From: Pseudomonadales bacterium
GTDB lineage: Bacteria > Pseudomonadota > Gammaproteobacteria > Pseudomonadales > Pseudohongiellaceae
DNA length: 64,000 nucleotides
Direction of reading: 5' to 3'
NCBI GenBank assembly: GCA_963666325.1
Contig: OY762706.1
Coordinates: forward strand, 22,656 to 86,655
Under the pieces are notes generated by a model. The model was given only the letters and a program-made list of their open reading frames with translations. It ran no database searches and was not told the DNA's origin. Position 1 is the first letter of the stretch. Each line of letters opens with the position of its first letter. Positions 7,617 through 15,699 of this stretch are shown here, piece after piece. The translations under genes were made by a program, and so were the position numbers.

Positions 7617-9644
7617 ATGCAATTAGTTGACTTGAAGAAGTGGTTGCCGGCGCTTGTCTTGTGCGTCGCCGGTACGGCTCAGGCCGCCGAAGGCGAATTG
7701 TTCGCCGACGAAGCCACCGAATGGTTCACTCTGGGCAACGACTTTGCCCATACCCGCTTCACCCCCGCAGACGAGATCACCGCCGAAAACTTCGGCGACC
7801 TGGAAGTCGTCTGGGAATGGGACGGCGCCAGTTTCAACGCCGTCAGCGGGCGCTCTACACCGTCATTGATCGACGGCATCCTGTACACCGTGGTGGGCTA
7901 CAAGCGCTACGTCGTCGCCATCGATCCGAAGACCGGCGATACCATCTGGACCTATCGCGAGCCCGATACGCCCCGCGCCGAGTATTCCATGCGCGCCGAT
8001 TACGGCAAGGGCGTGGCCTATGCGGAAGTCGACGGCCGCGGCGTGATCTACATCGTTTCCCCCGGGTTCTTCCTGACCGCTCTCGACGCCAAGACCGGCA
8101 TTCCGCTGGAAGGTTTCGGCAATCCCGTGCCGATCGAAGGCTTTCCCGAAACCGGCGTGGTCGACTTGCTCGCCGACCTCGGTCATCCATACGATCCTTA
8201 TGAAGGCATTCCGCTGGAGACCGGCTATATCACTTCTTCCTCGCCGCCCATCGTGGTGAATGACACCATCGTCATCGGCAACTCCGCCGAGCAGGGCTAT
8301 CTGCAAGCCCGCGTCGAGAATGTGCCGGGAGACATTCTCGCCTACGACAAGAACACCGGCGAATTCAAGTGGAAATTCAACGTCATTCCCCGGCCCGGCG
8401 AATACGGCCACGAGACCTGGGAAAACGACGCCTGGCAATGGACCGGCGACGTATCTTCCTGGGCGCCGCTGTCCGCCGACCCGGCCAACAATCTGGTTTT
8501 CATCCCAACCAACAGCGCGACCATCGACTACTACGGCGGCTTCCGTCCGGGAGACAATCTCTATGGCGCGAGCATCATCGCGCTCGATACCCGCACCGGT
8601 GAGCGCGCCTGGCATTTCCAGTTCGTAAAACACGAAATCTGGAACTTCGACACGCCCACGGCGCCCGTGGTGCTCGATATCAATGTAGACGGCCAGCCCA
8701 TTCCCGCGGTCGCCCAGGTGACCAAGCAAGCCTGGGTCTATACCTTCAATCGCCTCACGGGCGAGCCGGTCTGGCCGATCGTTGACCGGCCAGTGCCGCC
8801 TTCGATCGTGCCGGGCGAAGTGCTGTCGCCGACCCAGCCGCACGTAACCTGGCCCGAACCCTTCGACATGCAGGGCATCACCGAAGACGACCTGGTCGAT
8901 TTCACGCCGGAACTGCGCGCCGAAGCGCTGGAAGTGATGGATAACTACGTGATGGGCGGACTGTTCAATCCGCCCATTCACGCCGACAATCCCGAAGGCA
9001 AGTACGGCGCGATGAACTGTCCCGGCGGGGCCGGCGGCGCCAATATTACCTCGCCGCCCGTAGCCGATCCGAACTCCGGAGTGTTGTACGTATCCTCCCA
9101 CAAGGCCTGTTTTGTCCTGCGCCTGATCCCGGGCGAGGAAGCCGATCTGCTGTTCGCCAATCCGACCGGTACGAACCTGGCCGAATACGCCAACAGCGTG
9201 CGCGGCGCCACCGCCCGCCCGCCGAGGTTGCAGTCCGGCATTCCCGTGTGGAAGCCGCCGTACAGCCGCATCGTCGCCATCGACATGAACAGCGGCGAGC
9301 ACCTGTGGCAGATTCCCACGGGTGAGACCCCGGCCCGCATCGCCGACAGCCCGGCGCTCGAAGGCGTCGACGTCGGCAATACCGGCACCGGCAATCTGGT
9401 GCCGATGGTGATCACGCCCAACATGCTGGTCTATTCCGACGTTGCCAGCGACGGCACGCCGATGCTGTATTCGATCGACAAGGACAGCGGCGAAATCATG
9501 GCCGAGATCGAAGTCCCGGCCCGCTCGAGCTACGGCATGAGTTCCTGGGTGCACGACGGTCACCAATACATCATGTTGCAGACCGGCGCCAAACTGACCG
9601 CCATGGCGCTGCCAGCCGCAATACCGCAGTCGTCCGGCTACTGA
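7617..9644 (+). CDS. PQQ-dependent dehydrogenase, glucose/aldose dehydrogenase-like (soluble, secreted)
   Basis: Signal peptide present. ..GDNLYGASIIALDTRTGERAWHFQFVKHEIWNFDTPTAPVVLDI.. resembles the GDH-family HHDLWDxD region. Paralog of 15700-17688. Confidence 0.85.
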   Translation: MQLVDLKKWLPALVLCVAGTAQAAEGELFADEATEWFTLGNDFAHTRFTPADEITAENFGDLEVVWEWDGASFNAVSGRSTPSLIDGILYTVVGYKRYVVAIDPKTGDTIWTYREPDTPRAEYSMRADYGKGVAYAEVDGRGVIYIVSPGFFLTALDAKTGIPLEGFGNPVPIEGFPETGVVDLLADLGHPYDPYEGIPLETGYITSSSPPIVVNDTIVIGNSAEQGYLQARVENVPGDILAYDKNTGEFKWKFNVIPRPGEYGHETWENDAWQWTGDVSSWAPLSADPANNLVFIPTNSATIDYYGGFRPGDNLYGASIIALDTRTGERAWHFQFVKHEIWNFDTPTAPVVLDINVDGQPIPAVAQVTKQAWVYTFNRLTGEPVWPIVDRPVPPSIVPGEVLSPTQPHVTWPEPFDMQGITEDDLVDFTPELRAEALEVMDNYVMGGLFNPPIHADNPEGKYGAMNCPGGAGGANITSPPVADPNSGVLYVSSHKACFVLRLIPGEEADLLFANPTGTNLAEYANSVRGATARPPRLQSGIPVWKPPYSRIVAIDMNSGEHLWQIPTGETPARIADSPALEGVDVGNTGTGNLVPMVITPNMLVYSDVASDGTPMLYSIDKDSGEIMAEIEVPARSSYGMSSWVHDGHQYIMLQTGAKLTAMALPAAIPQSSGY

Positions 9645-9670
9645 CAGGAGATTAAAGAGAGGGCCGTACG

Positions 9671-10195
9671 ATGCTGAGATTGATACTGCAGTTACTCGGC
9701 ATAGCTGTGCTGATTCCGGCGGTGGCATGGGCCACGCTGGCGCTGGACAATCGCAACGCGGACGGCCCGTCGATCCTGTTCCCCGGAGGCGAACTCGTCT
9801 CCGGGGATCTCCATTCCGGCCCCGAGCCGGACTGGAGCTTCACGCGCGACATCCCCACCGTTGAATTGCAGTTGATGAATCCGCCTACTTCGCGGCTGAT
9901 CTACATACTCGAAAGCGAGGGCAGGTTGTACGTCGTCAGCGGATACATGGGCTCGACGCTCGGGCGCATCTGGAAACACTGGGCGGTGGAAGCGGACGAG
10001 GGCGACGGTATAGCCGTAGTGCGAATCAACGGCGTGCGATACGAGCGAAAAATCGTGCGCATCCGCGAAGGCGAAGTGCTCGATGGCGTCACCGCCGCCC
10101 TTAGTGAAAAGTACGGCGGTAATTCCAGCCGCGCCAGCGTGGAATCGGGCAACCTCTGGGTTTTCGAACTCGCCCCGCGCGGCCCGAACGCCTGA
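9671..10195 (+). CDS. Hypothetical membrane-anchored protein
   Basis: 174-aa ORF with an N-terminal TM helix (LILQLLGIAVLIPAVAWATLAL). No family recognised. Confidence 0.6.
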   Translation: MLRLILQLLGIAVLIPAVAWATLALDNRNADGPSILFPGGELVSGDLHSGPEPDWSFTRDIPTVELQLMNPPTSRLIYILESEGRLYVVSGYMGSTLGRIWKHWAVEADEGDGIAVVRINGVRYERKIVRIREGEVLDGVTAALSEKYGGNSSRASVESGNLWVFELAPRGPNA

Positions 10196-10204
10196 GAGGC
10201 AACC

Positions 10205-10339
10205 ATGTCGAACAAGACCTATCTCGCAGTCTGCATAGCCGTCACCGTCCTGGTGGCCGGCTCGATCCTTTTCGTCCCCGGCCTGTCCGAATCCATCGAA
10301 CAAAACCTGCTGATCTTCCTCTCCACTAATGCCCGGTAA
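10205..10339 (+). CDS. Small (44 aa) predicted membrane protein, below the ORF-track size cutoff
   Basis: MSNKTYLAVCIAVTVLVAGSILFVPGLSESIEQNLLIFLSTNAR*. Its ATG lies 10 nt after the upstream stop. Its 3' end is duplicated at 14199-14264. Confidence 0.45.
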   Translation: MSNKTYLAVCIAVTVLVAGSILFVPGLSESIEQNLLIFLSTNAR

Positions 10340-10348
10340 GGATTGCCG
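10273..10348. repeat. Left copy of a ~75-bp direct repeat bracketing the accessory segment
   Basis: GGCCTGTCCGAATCCATCGAACAAAACCTGCTGATCTTCCTCTCCACTAATGCCCGGTAAGGATTGCCG matches 14199-14280 with a handful of mismatches and one 3-nt indel. Confidence 0.85.
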
Positions 10349-10391
10349 GCGAACTGATTGATTGGTCCCGACCAGCCTCTCCGCAGAATTC

Positions 10392-10445
10392 GCATATTTC
10401 GTATATTTCGAATATTGCGATTATTTCGAATATTAGATATTCTAT
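10392..10445. repeat. AT-rich array of about six degenerate 9-bp units (ATATTTCG-like)
   Basis: catatttcg/tatatttcg/aatattgcg/attatttcg/aatattaga/tattctatc, located 40 bp upstream of the HTH-PIN operon. Confidence 0.7.
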
Positions 10446-10484
10446 CCGCATGCAACGAAATTAATCTAAACCCGGAGAAACAAA

Positions 10485-10949
10485 ATGAATGCGCTCAGGA
10501 GAGATGCTTTCATTGATCGATTGCCCGATGAGGTCGAGATCAAGAATGCGGAACAACTCAGAATGATTGTCGCTTCCCAGACCAGCGATGGCGAAGGCGC
10601 AAGACTGAATCTTGCCCAGGACAATGGCAAGGTCGAGACCATAACGCTGACGCCAGCATTGACGGCGTCCCTGCTCGAAGTGTTGAGGCTCGTGTCGAGT
10701 GGCCGTGGCTTCCGTATGATCCCTGTAGAGGCGGAACTGACGACACAGCAAGCCGCCGACCTGCTGAATGTGTCACGACCCTATCTCGTAAAACTGATCG
10801 AGAATGGCGATATCCCGTTTACCAAGACCGGCAGGCATCGTCGCATCCGCGCCAACGATTTGTTCTCCTACAGGGACAAGCGCGATGCGACCCGATCAGC
10901 TGCCCTGGAGGAACTTGCCCGCACCGATGCGGAACAGGGACTCATATGA
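10485..10949 (+). CDS. Excisionase/MerR-type HTH DNA-binding protein, putative antitoxin
   Basis: ELTTQQAADLLNVSRPYLVKLIENGDIPFTKTGRHRRIRANDL is an excisionase-family HTH. ATGA overlap with the downstream PIN gene. Confidence 0.75.
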   Translation: MNALRRDAFIDRLPDEVEIKNAEQLRMIVASQTSDGEGARLNLAQDNGKVETITLTPALTASLLEVLRLVSSGRGFRMIPVEAELTTQQAADLLNVSRPYLVKLIENGDIPFTKTGRHRRIRANDLFSYRDKRDATRSAALEELARTDAEQGLI

Positions 10950-11524
10950 GGAGCCGGTACACTGACCGGTTCACCGCGCTTGTCGATGCTTGTGTCCTTG
11001 GCGGAGCGCTACGTCGAAATTTGCTGCTCAGCCTAGCCGAAGCTGGTCTGTTCCGGCCGCGCTGGAGTGATCCCATACTTGATGAAACCCAAAAAGTCAT
11101 CTCGAAGATCACTAAAGGCGAAACCGACGGCTCACATCAGCGGGCGGCAATTGAGGCTGCATTTCCCGAGGCTGTCGTCACTGGCTTCGAAGCAATCGAG
11201 AAAACGCTGACCTTGCCCGATCCCAACGACAATCACGTGCTTGCAGCGGCAATTTCCATTTCAGCTTCCGTTATAGTCACCGACAATCTCTCGGATTTTC
11301 CCGCAAAAATACTAGCTACGCATGAAATCGAGGCAATTTCCGCAGACAGCTTTATTGCGGACACATTTACGCTTGACCGGGTTGAGGCCATACAAGCTTT
11401 GAAGCGGATGAGAGAACGCCTTAAGAGTCCAAGCCTCGACATGGCGGCGCTTATTCGCAAGGCCGAAGCACAGGGATTGCTTGAGGTTGCAACTCTTATG
11501 GATGAGTATCAGTCATTCTTGTAG
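10946..11524 (+). CDS. PIN-domain protein (PIN_3-like), putative toxin
   Basis: ALVDACVLGG.., ..PDPNDNHVLAAAI.. and ..VIVTDNLSDF.. are the acidic PIN motifs. 192 aa with a C-terminal helical extension. Confidence 0.75.
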   Translation: MRSRYTDRFTALVDACVLGGALRRNLLLSLAEAGLFRPRWSDPILDETQKVISKITKGETDGSHQRAAIEAAFPEAVVTGFEAIEKTLTLPDPNDNHVLAAAISISASVIVTDNLSDFPAKILATHEIEAISADSFIADTFTLDRVEAIQALKRMRERLKSPSLDMAALIRKAEAQGLLEVATLMDEYQSFL

Positions 11525-11832
11525 TCAATTTTTTGCGGACCTGTAGAGCACCAAACTGATTCGAGATCATCGTTGCCCGCTTTGGCAGGACAAACTCGAT
11601 TGAAACTCAATTCGGTGACCTGCGCGAACGGACCACTCGCATCAAGGTGATTCTTACGGAGCTGCCGCAAGCAGACAACGACCTGGAACCCTGAGTAAGA
11701 ACAATTGTCGCCGCTAGTCCGTGGAATTCAACGTGGTAGCGTAAATACCACGAGTGCCAATGGCGGGAATTTCAGAGGCTTAGCTACAGATTCACAGTAC
11801 AAGTCGCACTACAAGTAAACCAGGTTGCAGCG

Positions 11833-12162
11833 TCATTTGTGTGGAAGAGAACTGGTGAATTCAGCTGCTCTATCCAGCCATTTTTCAAGCTTTTCATCGG
11901 ATGCGATACCGGTGGATTCAACGAGCGCCCATCCTTTCATTGCGCGGCCATTCATGTCAGCCGGCCTTGTATACGGCTCAGCAAGCACTTTTTCGTACCC
12001 GCTCTTGCCGACTCTAACGATCAGGGAGTCTTCCCAGGCACTGGAACACATATTGCCATTTATCATGAAGCAGACAGTTCCGAACATGTTGCGCTCGGAG
12101 TAACCCTCGCGCGGCGACAGGATTTGTCTAATACGGTCGATTAACGGTTTGCTGCTCTTCAT
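11833..12162 (-). CDS. TfoX/Sxy N-terminal-domain protein
   Basis: ERNMFGTVCFMINGNMCSSAWEDSLIVRVG is typical of the TfoX_N domain. 109 aa. Confidence 0.75.
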   Translation of the reverse strand: MKSSKPLIDRIRQILSPREGYSERNMFGTVCFMINGNMCSSAWEDSLIVRVGKSGYEKVLAEPYTRPADMNGRAMKGWALVESTGIASDEKLEKWLDRAAEFTSSLPHK

Positions 12163-12236
12163 GTCGCAATATCGCAGCTAATGGAGAAAGTCACTTTCTG
12201 CACTCTAAACTGAATTGAGAACATTCTACCAGATGG

Positions 12237-12265
12237 TTGACTATCAGTGTGGAAGGTCATATATT
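12237..12265 (+). promoter_or_regulatory. Candidate sigma70 promoter for the arsR-like operon (possibly leaderless)
   Basis: TTGACT (12237-12242), 17-bp spacer, TATATT (12260-12265). The ATG at 12273 lies about 7 nt downstream of the -10 and has no SD. Confidence 0.4.
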
Positions 12266-12272
12266 TAACTGC

Positions 12273-12605
12273 ATGGTTGAGCAAAATTTGAATCGAGTAT
12301 TTCATGCGCTATCCGACCCGACCCGGCGTGCAATTCTGAATAGCCTGGCCTCTCGGGAAGATACCGTCAGCCGGATTTCCCAGCCTTTTCCCTTGTCGTT
12401 GGCCGCGGTATCGAAACATCTTGGCGTGCTTGAACGCGCCGGCCTCATCACGCGCGAGGCACGAGGGCGGGAAAGGGTATGCAGGATCAATCCGGCGGCC
12501 ATGAAAGACGCCCGAGACTGGCTCGAATTCCATGATCGTTTCTGGTCGGGACGGCTGGATGCACTCGACGCCCTGTTTGGGCCAGATAACGGAAATCCGG
12601 AATAA
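12273..12605 (+). CDS. ArsR/SmtB-family transcriptional regulator
   Basis: VFHALSDPTRRAILNSLASREDTVSRISQPFPLSLAAVSKHLGVLERAGLI is a winged HTH. The ORF track starts at TTG 12237; the ATG at 12273 is preferred. Confidence 0.85.
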   Translation: MVEQNLNRVFHALSDPTRRAILNSLASREDTVSRISQPFPLSLAAVSKHLGVLERAGLITREARGRERVCRINPAAMKDARDWLEFHDRFWSGRLDALDALFGPDNGNPE

Positions 12606-12619
12606 ATTGGAGAATCGAA

Positions 12620-13126
12620 ATGGCAAGACAGGAAGCAGCGGTACGACCGCCCTACGCTGAATGCGCCGGGGCCGAAGTCAGTGCCAACGAGGCGCACGAA
12701 TCCGACATCAGCCTGACGCTGAATCGTGTAATCGATGCGCCGTCGGATAAGGTTTACGCTGCATGGACCGATCCCGAAATATTGAAAAAATGGCTTGCTC
12801 CCGGAGATGCTGAAGTAACAATCGCGGCGACCAATGTCATGGTCGGCGGGGCGCTTCGCGTTGAAATTCGAGCATCTGATGGAACGATATGGTGCATTCG
12901 AGGCGTGTACCGGGAAGTCGAACCACTACGACGGTTAGTTCACACCTGGGTGTGGGAAGGCAGCGATGTTGAGTCATTGGTCACTGCAAATTTTGAACCG
13001 TTAGCGCCCGGCAAGACTCTATTGACGCTCACGCATTCCCGGTTCGAGCGTAGTGAATCCAGAGACGAGCATGTACGCGGCTGGTCCAGTTGCCTCTCCA
13101 AACTTGAGATTCTTCTGGCACGATGA
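12620..13126 (+). CDS. SRPBCC / AHSA1-family protein
   Basis: TLNRVIDAPSDKVYAAWTDPEILKKWLAPGD.. matches this family. ArsR-AHSA1 is a commonly conserved gene pair. Confidence 0.8.
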   Translation: MARQEAAVRPPYAECAGAEVSANEAHESDISLTLNRVIDAPSDKVYAAWTDPEILKKWLAPGDAEVTIAATNVMVGGALRVEIRASDGTIWCIRGVYREVEPLRRLVHTWVWEGSDVESLVTANFEPLAPGKTLLTLTHSRFERSESRDEHVRGWSSCLSKLEILLAR

Positions 13127-14043
13127 ACCTTACAGCGTCGAGTTCTCGTCCCAGTTGGGTTTCATGTGAACTGTATCCATTTGAGTCCAGATATTTCACG
13201 ACCGAGCCGGACCATCTGATGCATTTTGTCGACGAGGGGAAGGGCGAGCCTATTGTGTTTGTCCATGGAAATCCGACCTGGTCGTTTGTTTTCCGCCAGC
13301 CAATCGTGGAGCTTCGGTCAAACTTTCGCTGTATCGCTCTCGACCATATCGGTTTCGGACTTTCATCGCACAGCAACCGGAGTGAAGATCATAGCCCGGA
13401 AAGCCATGCACATCGATTGGCCTCGCTACTCAATCATCTTGATCTCCGCGACATTACCCTGTTTCTGACCGATTGGGGTGGGCCGATCGGACTAGATTTC
13501 GCGCGCAAGCATTCGGAGCGAATTAAGCGATTGGTGATTGCGAATACATGGTGCTGGCCGGTTGACGATGATTATCATTTCAAGTCGTTCAGTTTTCTTA
13601 TGGCGAGCCGGTTCGGTCAATACCTCATTCGAAATCACAACTTGTTCGTAAACAGATTGATGCCGATGGCGGCGGGCGACCGCAAAGTACTGACGCCCGA
13701 AATCATGGCACACTATCGCAATGCACTGCCTTCCCCGGCTGCGCGTACAGCTACGGCTGCATTACCGGGTCATATTATCGGCGCCAGTAATTGGTTGCGC
13801 AGCATCTGGGATGATCGTGAGGCATTTTCCGGTAAGCCGACACTGTTGCTTTGGGGATTCAAGGACATTGCATTCCGTCAAAAAGAGCTGGAACGCTGGA
13901 AATCGGTACTGACAGATTTCGACCTGCATGAATTTGCCGATTGCGGGCATTTTCTGACGGAGGAGGCGGCCGTCCCCGTAGTATCGGCATTCCGCAATTT
14001 TGTGGACCGTAACTGCGTAAACGGGTCACTCACATTGAAATGA
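13123..14043 (+). CDS. Haloalkane dehalogenase-family alpha/beta hydrolase
   Basis: IVFVHGNPTWSFVFRQ and the nucleophile elbow LTDWGGPIGL. The start overlaps the upstream stop (ATGA at 13123-13126). Confidence 0.8.
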   Translation: MNLTASSSRPSWVSCELYPFESRYFTTEPDHLMHFVDEGKGEPIVFVHGNPTWSFVFRQPIVELRSNFRCIALDHIGFGLSSHSNRSEDHSPESHAHRLASLLNHLDLRDITLFLTDWGGPIGLDFARKHSERIKRLVIANTWCWPVDDDYHFKSFSFLMASRFGQYLIRNHNLFVNRLMPMAAGDRKVLTPEIMAHYRNALPSPAARTATAALPGHIIGASNWLRSIWDDREAFSGKPTLLLWGFKDIAFRQKELERWKSVLTDFDLHEFADCGHFLTEEAAVPVVSAFRNFVDRNCVNGSLTLK

Positions 14044-14074
14044 CTCTTAAGTAGCCGCCGCCAACCCGCAGAAT

Positions 14075-14197
14075 TCACTCAGGCAAGCCAAGACATCACG
14101 AGTTCGCCGAAGTCTCCGTCGCGTACGCCGCCTGCTACAGCGATATATTGCCGGCGCTCGTGTTCATTGCTCATCAGCGCGCCGTGCAGGCACTGTT
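14075..14197 (-). pseudogene. Relic of the 3' end of a PQQ-dependent dehydrogenase paralog
   Basis: About 120 bp align at roughly 85-90% identity (by eye) to 15700-15820, the last ~40 codons plus stop of the 15700-17688 gene. The relic encodes ..RRQYIAVAGGVRDGDFGELV..*. Confidence 0.75.
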
Positions 14198-14198
14198 C

Positions 14199-14280
14199 GC
14201 CCTCGGCCTGTCCGAAACCATCGAACAAAACCTGCTGATCTTCCTCTCCACTAACGCCCAGTGATTGCCGTCCAAAGTCC
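14199..14280. repeat. Right copy of the ~75-bp direct repeat
   Basis: Matches 10273-10348, including the last 21 codons of the small ORF (..GLSETIEQNLLIFLSTNAQ*). Confidence 0.85.
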
Positions 14281-14337
14281 GATAATTGTCGTAAAACGAC
14301 ATCTGGAGTAAATCAGTCTGACCAGTAGACGCACTGA

Positions 14338-14372
14338 TATTTCGTGGATTATTATGAAAAATCCACGAAATA
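14338..14372. promoter_or_regulatory. Perfect 13-bp inverted repeat immediately upstream of the ATPase gene (candidate operator)
   Basis: TATTTCGTGGATT (14338-14350), 9-nt spacer, AATCCACGAAATA (14360-14372). It ends 1 nt before GTG 14374 and 13 nt before ATG 14386. Confidence 0.55.
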
Positions 14373-14373
14373 G

Positions 14374-15528
14374 GTGCGTATATTCATGACAGATCGTCAA
14401 TTGGACTTGATGGAGTTGCTGAACCGTTCCTCGCATTTTCTGCTTGGACCACGCGGCAGCGGCAAGAGTTTCCTGATTCGGGCGAGTTGCCTGGAAGCGG
14501 CGGACTATATCGATCTGCTTGATTCCAGGACGTATTTGCGCCTGAAGGCCGATCCGGCTTTGTTGCATTCGCTGATTTCAAAACCGTTGGCGGTCATCGA
14601 CGAAATCCAGCGGATTCCGGAATTGCTCAACGAAGCGCATCGTGCCATCGAAACCGGGAGCAAGCGCTTCTTGCTGACCGGCAGCAGCGCTCGGAGCCTG
14701 CGCCGGCAAGGAGTGAATTTGCTGGCGGGCAGGGCGTTCCGGGCGGAGCTGTTTCCGTTGACGTGGTTCGAATTGTCTCGCCACGGCGACTTTGATTTGC
14801 AACGTTACTTGCGCCTGGGCGGTCTTCCTGTCGCCATATTGGGAGAGTACGGCGAAGACTACCTTTACGCTTACGTGGACACGTATCTGAAAGAGGAGAT
14901 TCAGTTAGAGGGACTGGTTCGCAGCTTGCCGAACTACACGAGGTTCCTGCAAAGTGCGGCGTTCAACAATTCCAGAGTTCTGAATTACGCGAAAGTCGCC
15001 GATGACGCCCAGCTTTCGCCCAATACCGTCCGGGACTATTACCAGATTCTTATGGATACGCTGATCGGCTTTCAGGTTCCGCCGTGGCGGGGGTCGCAAA
15101 CGCGCAAAACCGTACAAACAACCAAGTTCTATCTGTTCGACCCGGGCATCGTCAATGCCTTGCGCGACACCAGATCGCTTGAGCCCGGCAGCGATCTTTT
15201 CGGCATGGCGTTCGAGCATTTCATCGCCTGCGAACTGCGCGCCTTTCTGAGCTACAACCGGATTCGGCTGCCTTTGCAATTCTGGCGTACGCGGACCGGG
15301 CGCGAAGTCGATTTCGTGATCGGCGATGAAATCGCCATCGAAGTAAAAAGCGGAGAGTCAGTCAGCAGGCGTGACCATAAGGGATTACTTGCCATCAGTG
15401 AGGAGAGGGAATGGAAACACCTGCTGGTGGTTTCCAGGGATTCGGCAGACGCTTCGTTCGATAACGGAATTCGTCATGAACATTGGGAAACCTTTTTGCG
15501 CCGATTGTGGGACCGGGAGTATTTGTAG
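14374..15528 (+). CDS. AAA_14 / DUF4143-family ATPase with C-terminal PD-(D/E)xK-like motif
   Basis: Walker A GPRGSGKSF, Walker B AVIDEIQ, and C-terminal GREVDFVIGDEIAIEVKSG. An alternative start is ATG 14386. Confidence 0.85.
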   Translation: MRIFMTDRQLDLMELLNRSSHFLLGPRGSGKSFLIRASCLEAADYIDLLDSRTYLRLKADPALLHSLISKPLAVIDEIQRIPELLNEAHRAIETGSKRFLLTGSSARSLRRQGVNLLAGRAFRAELFPLTWFELSRHGDFDLQRYLRLGGLPVAILGEYGEDYLYAYVDTYLKEEIQLEGLVRSLPNYTRFLQSAAFNNSRVLNYAKVADDAQLSPNTVRDYYQILMDTLIGFQVPPWRGSQTRKTVQTTKFYLFDPGIVNALRDTRSLEPGSDLFGMAFEHFIACELRAFLSYNRIRLPLQFWRTRTGREVDFVIGDEIAIEVKSGESVSRRDHKGLLAISEEREWKHLLVVSRDSADASFDNGIRHEHWETFLRRLWDREYL

Positions 15529-15586
15529 CCCAGTAGAGCGCAATGCCGTTCCATTTGCGCCCGCTTGCCACAGGCCCACGACGACC

Positions 15587-15675
15587 GTCATTCCGCGCGG
15601 AGCGAAGCGCAGTCGCGGAATCTCCTTTGGTCCGCGTCATTGCGGAGGAGATTCTGCGACTGCGCGCAGAATGAC
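15587..15675. repeat. REP-like compound palindrome, family GAGATTCTGCGAC..GCGCAGAATGAC (copy a)
   Basis: GTCATTCCGCGCGGAGCGAAGCGCAGTCGCGGAATCTCC ... GAGATTCTGCGACTGCGCGCAGAATGAC, located between convergent genes. Confidence 0.85.
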
Positions 15676-15699
15676 AGCAAGCCCCGCGGGCTACGGCAT

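Noticed and set aside
11556-11697. Short frame FEIIVARFGRTNSIETQFGDLRERTTRIKVILTELPQ.. that resembles the TN.IE....L+.RT+.. motif of IS256/Mutator-type transposases. It could be an IS relic inside the accessory segment.
   Set aside because: Only ~45 codons are present, similarity was judged from memory of a short motif, and no IRs or flanking homology are visible. This is too weak to annotate. A BLASTX/ISfinder search would settle it.
10381-14076. 11-mer CCGCAGAATTC present at both inner edges of the accessory segment (10381-10391 and 14066-14076), reminiscent of the REP core CGCAGAAT.
   Set aside because: Hundreds of identical 11-mer pairs are expected by chance in 64 kb. It is not significant on its own.
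10349-14198. Interpreting the repeat-bracketed segment, or the AT-rich islet at 31950-35450, as an integrative element with att sites.
   Set aside because: No integrase, recombinase, excisionase-partner or tRNA target is present in or beside either segment. Only the repeat and compositional observations are reported.
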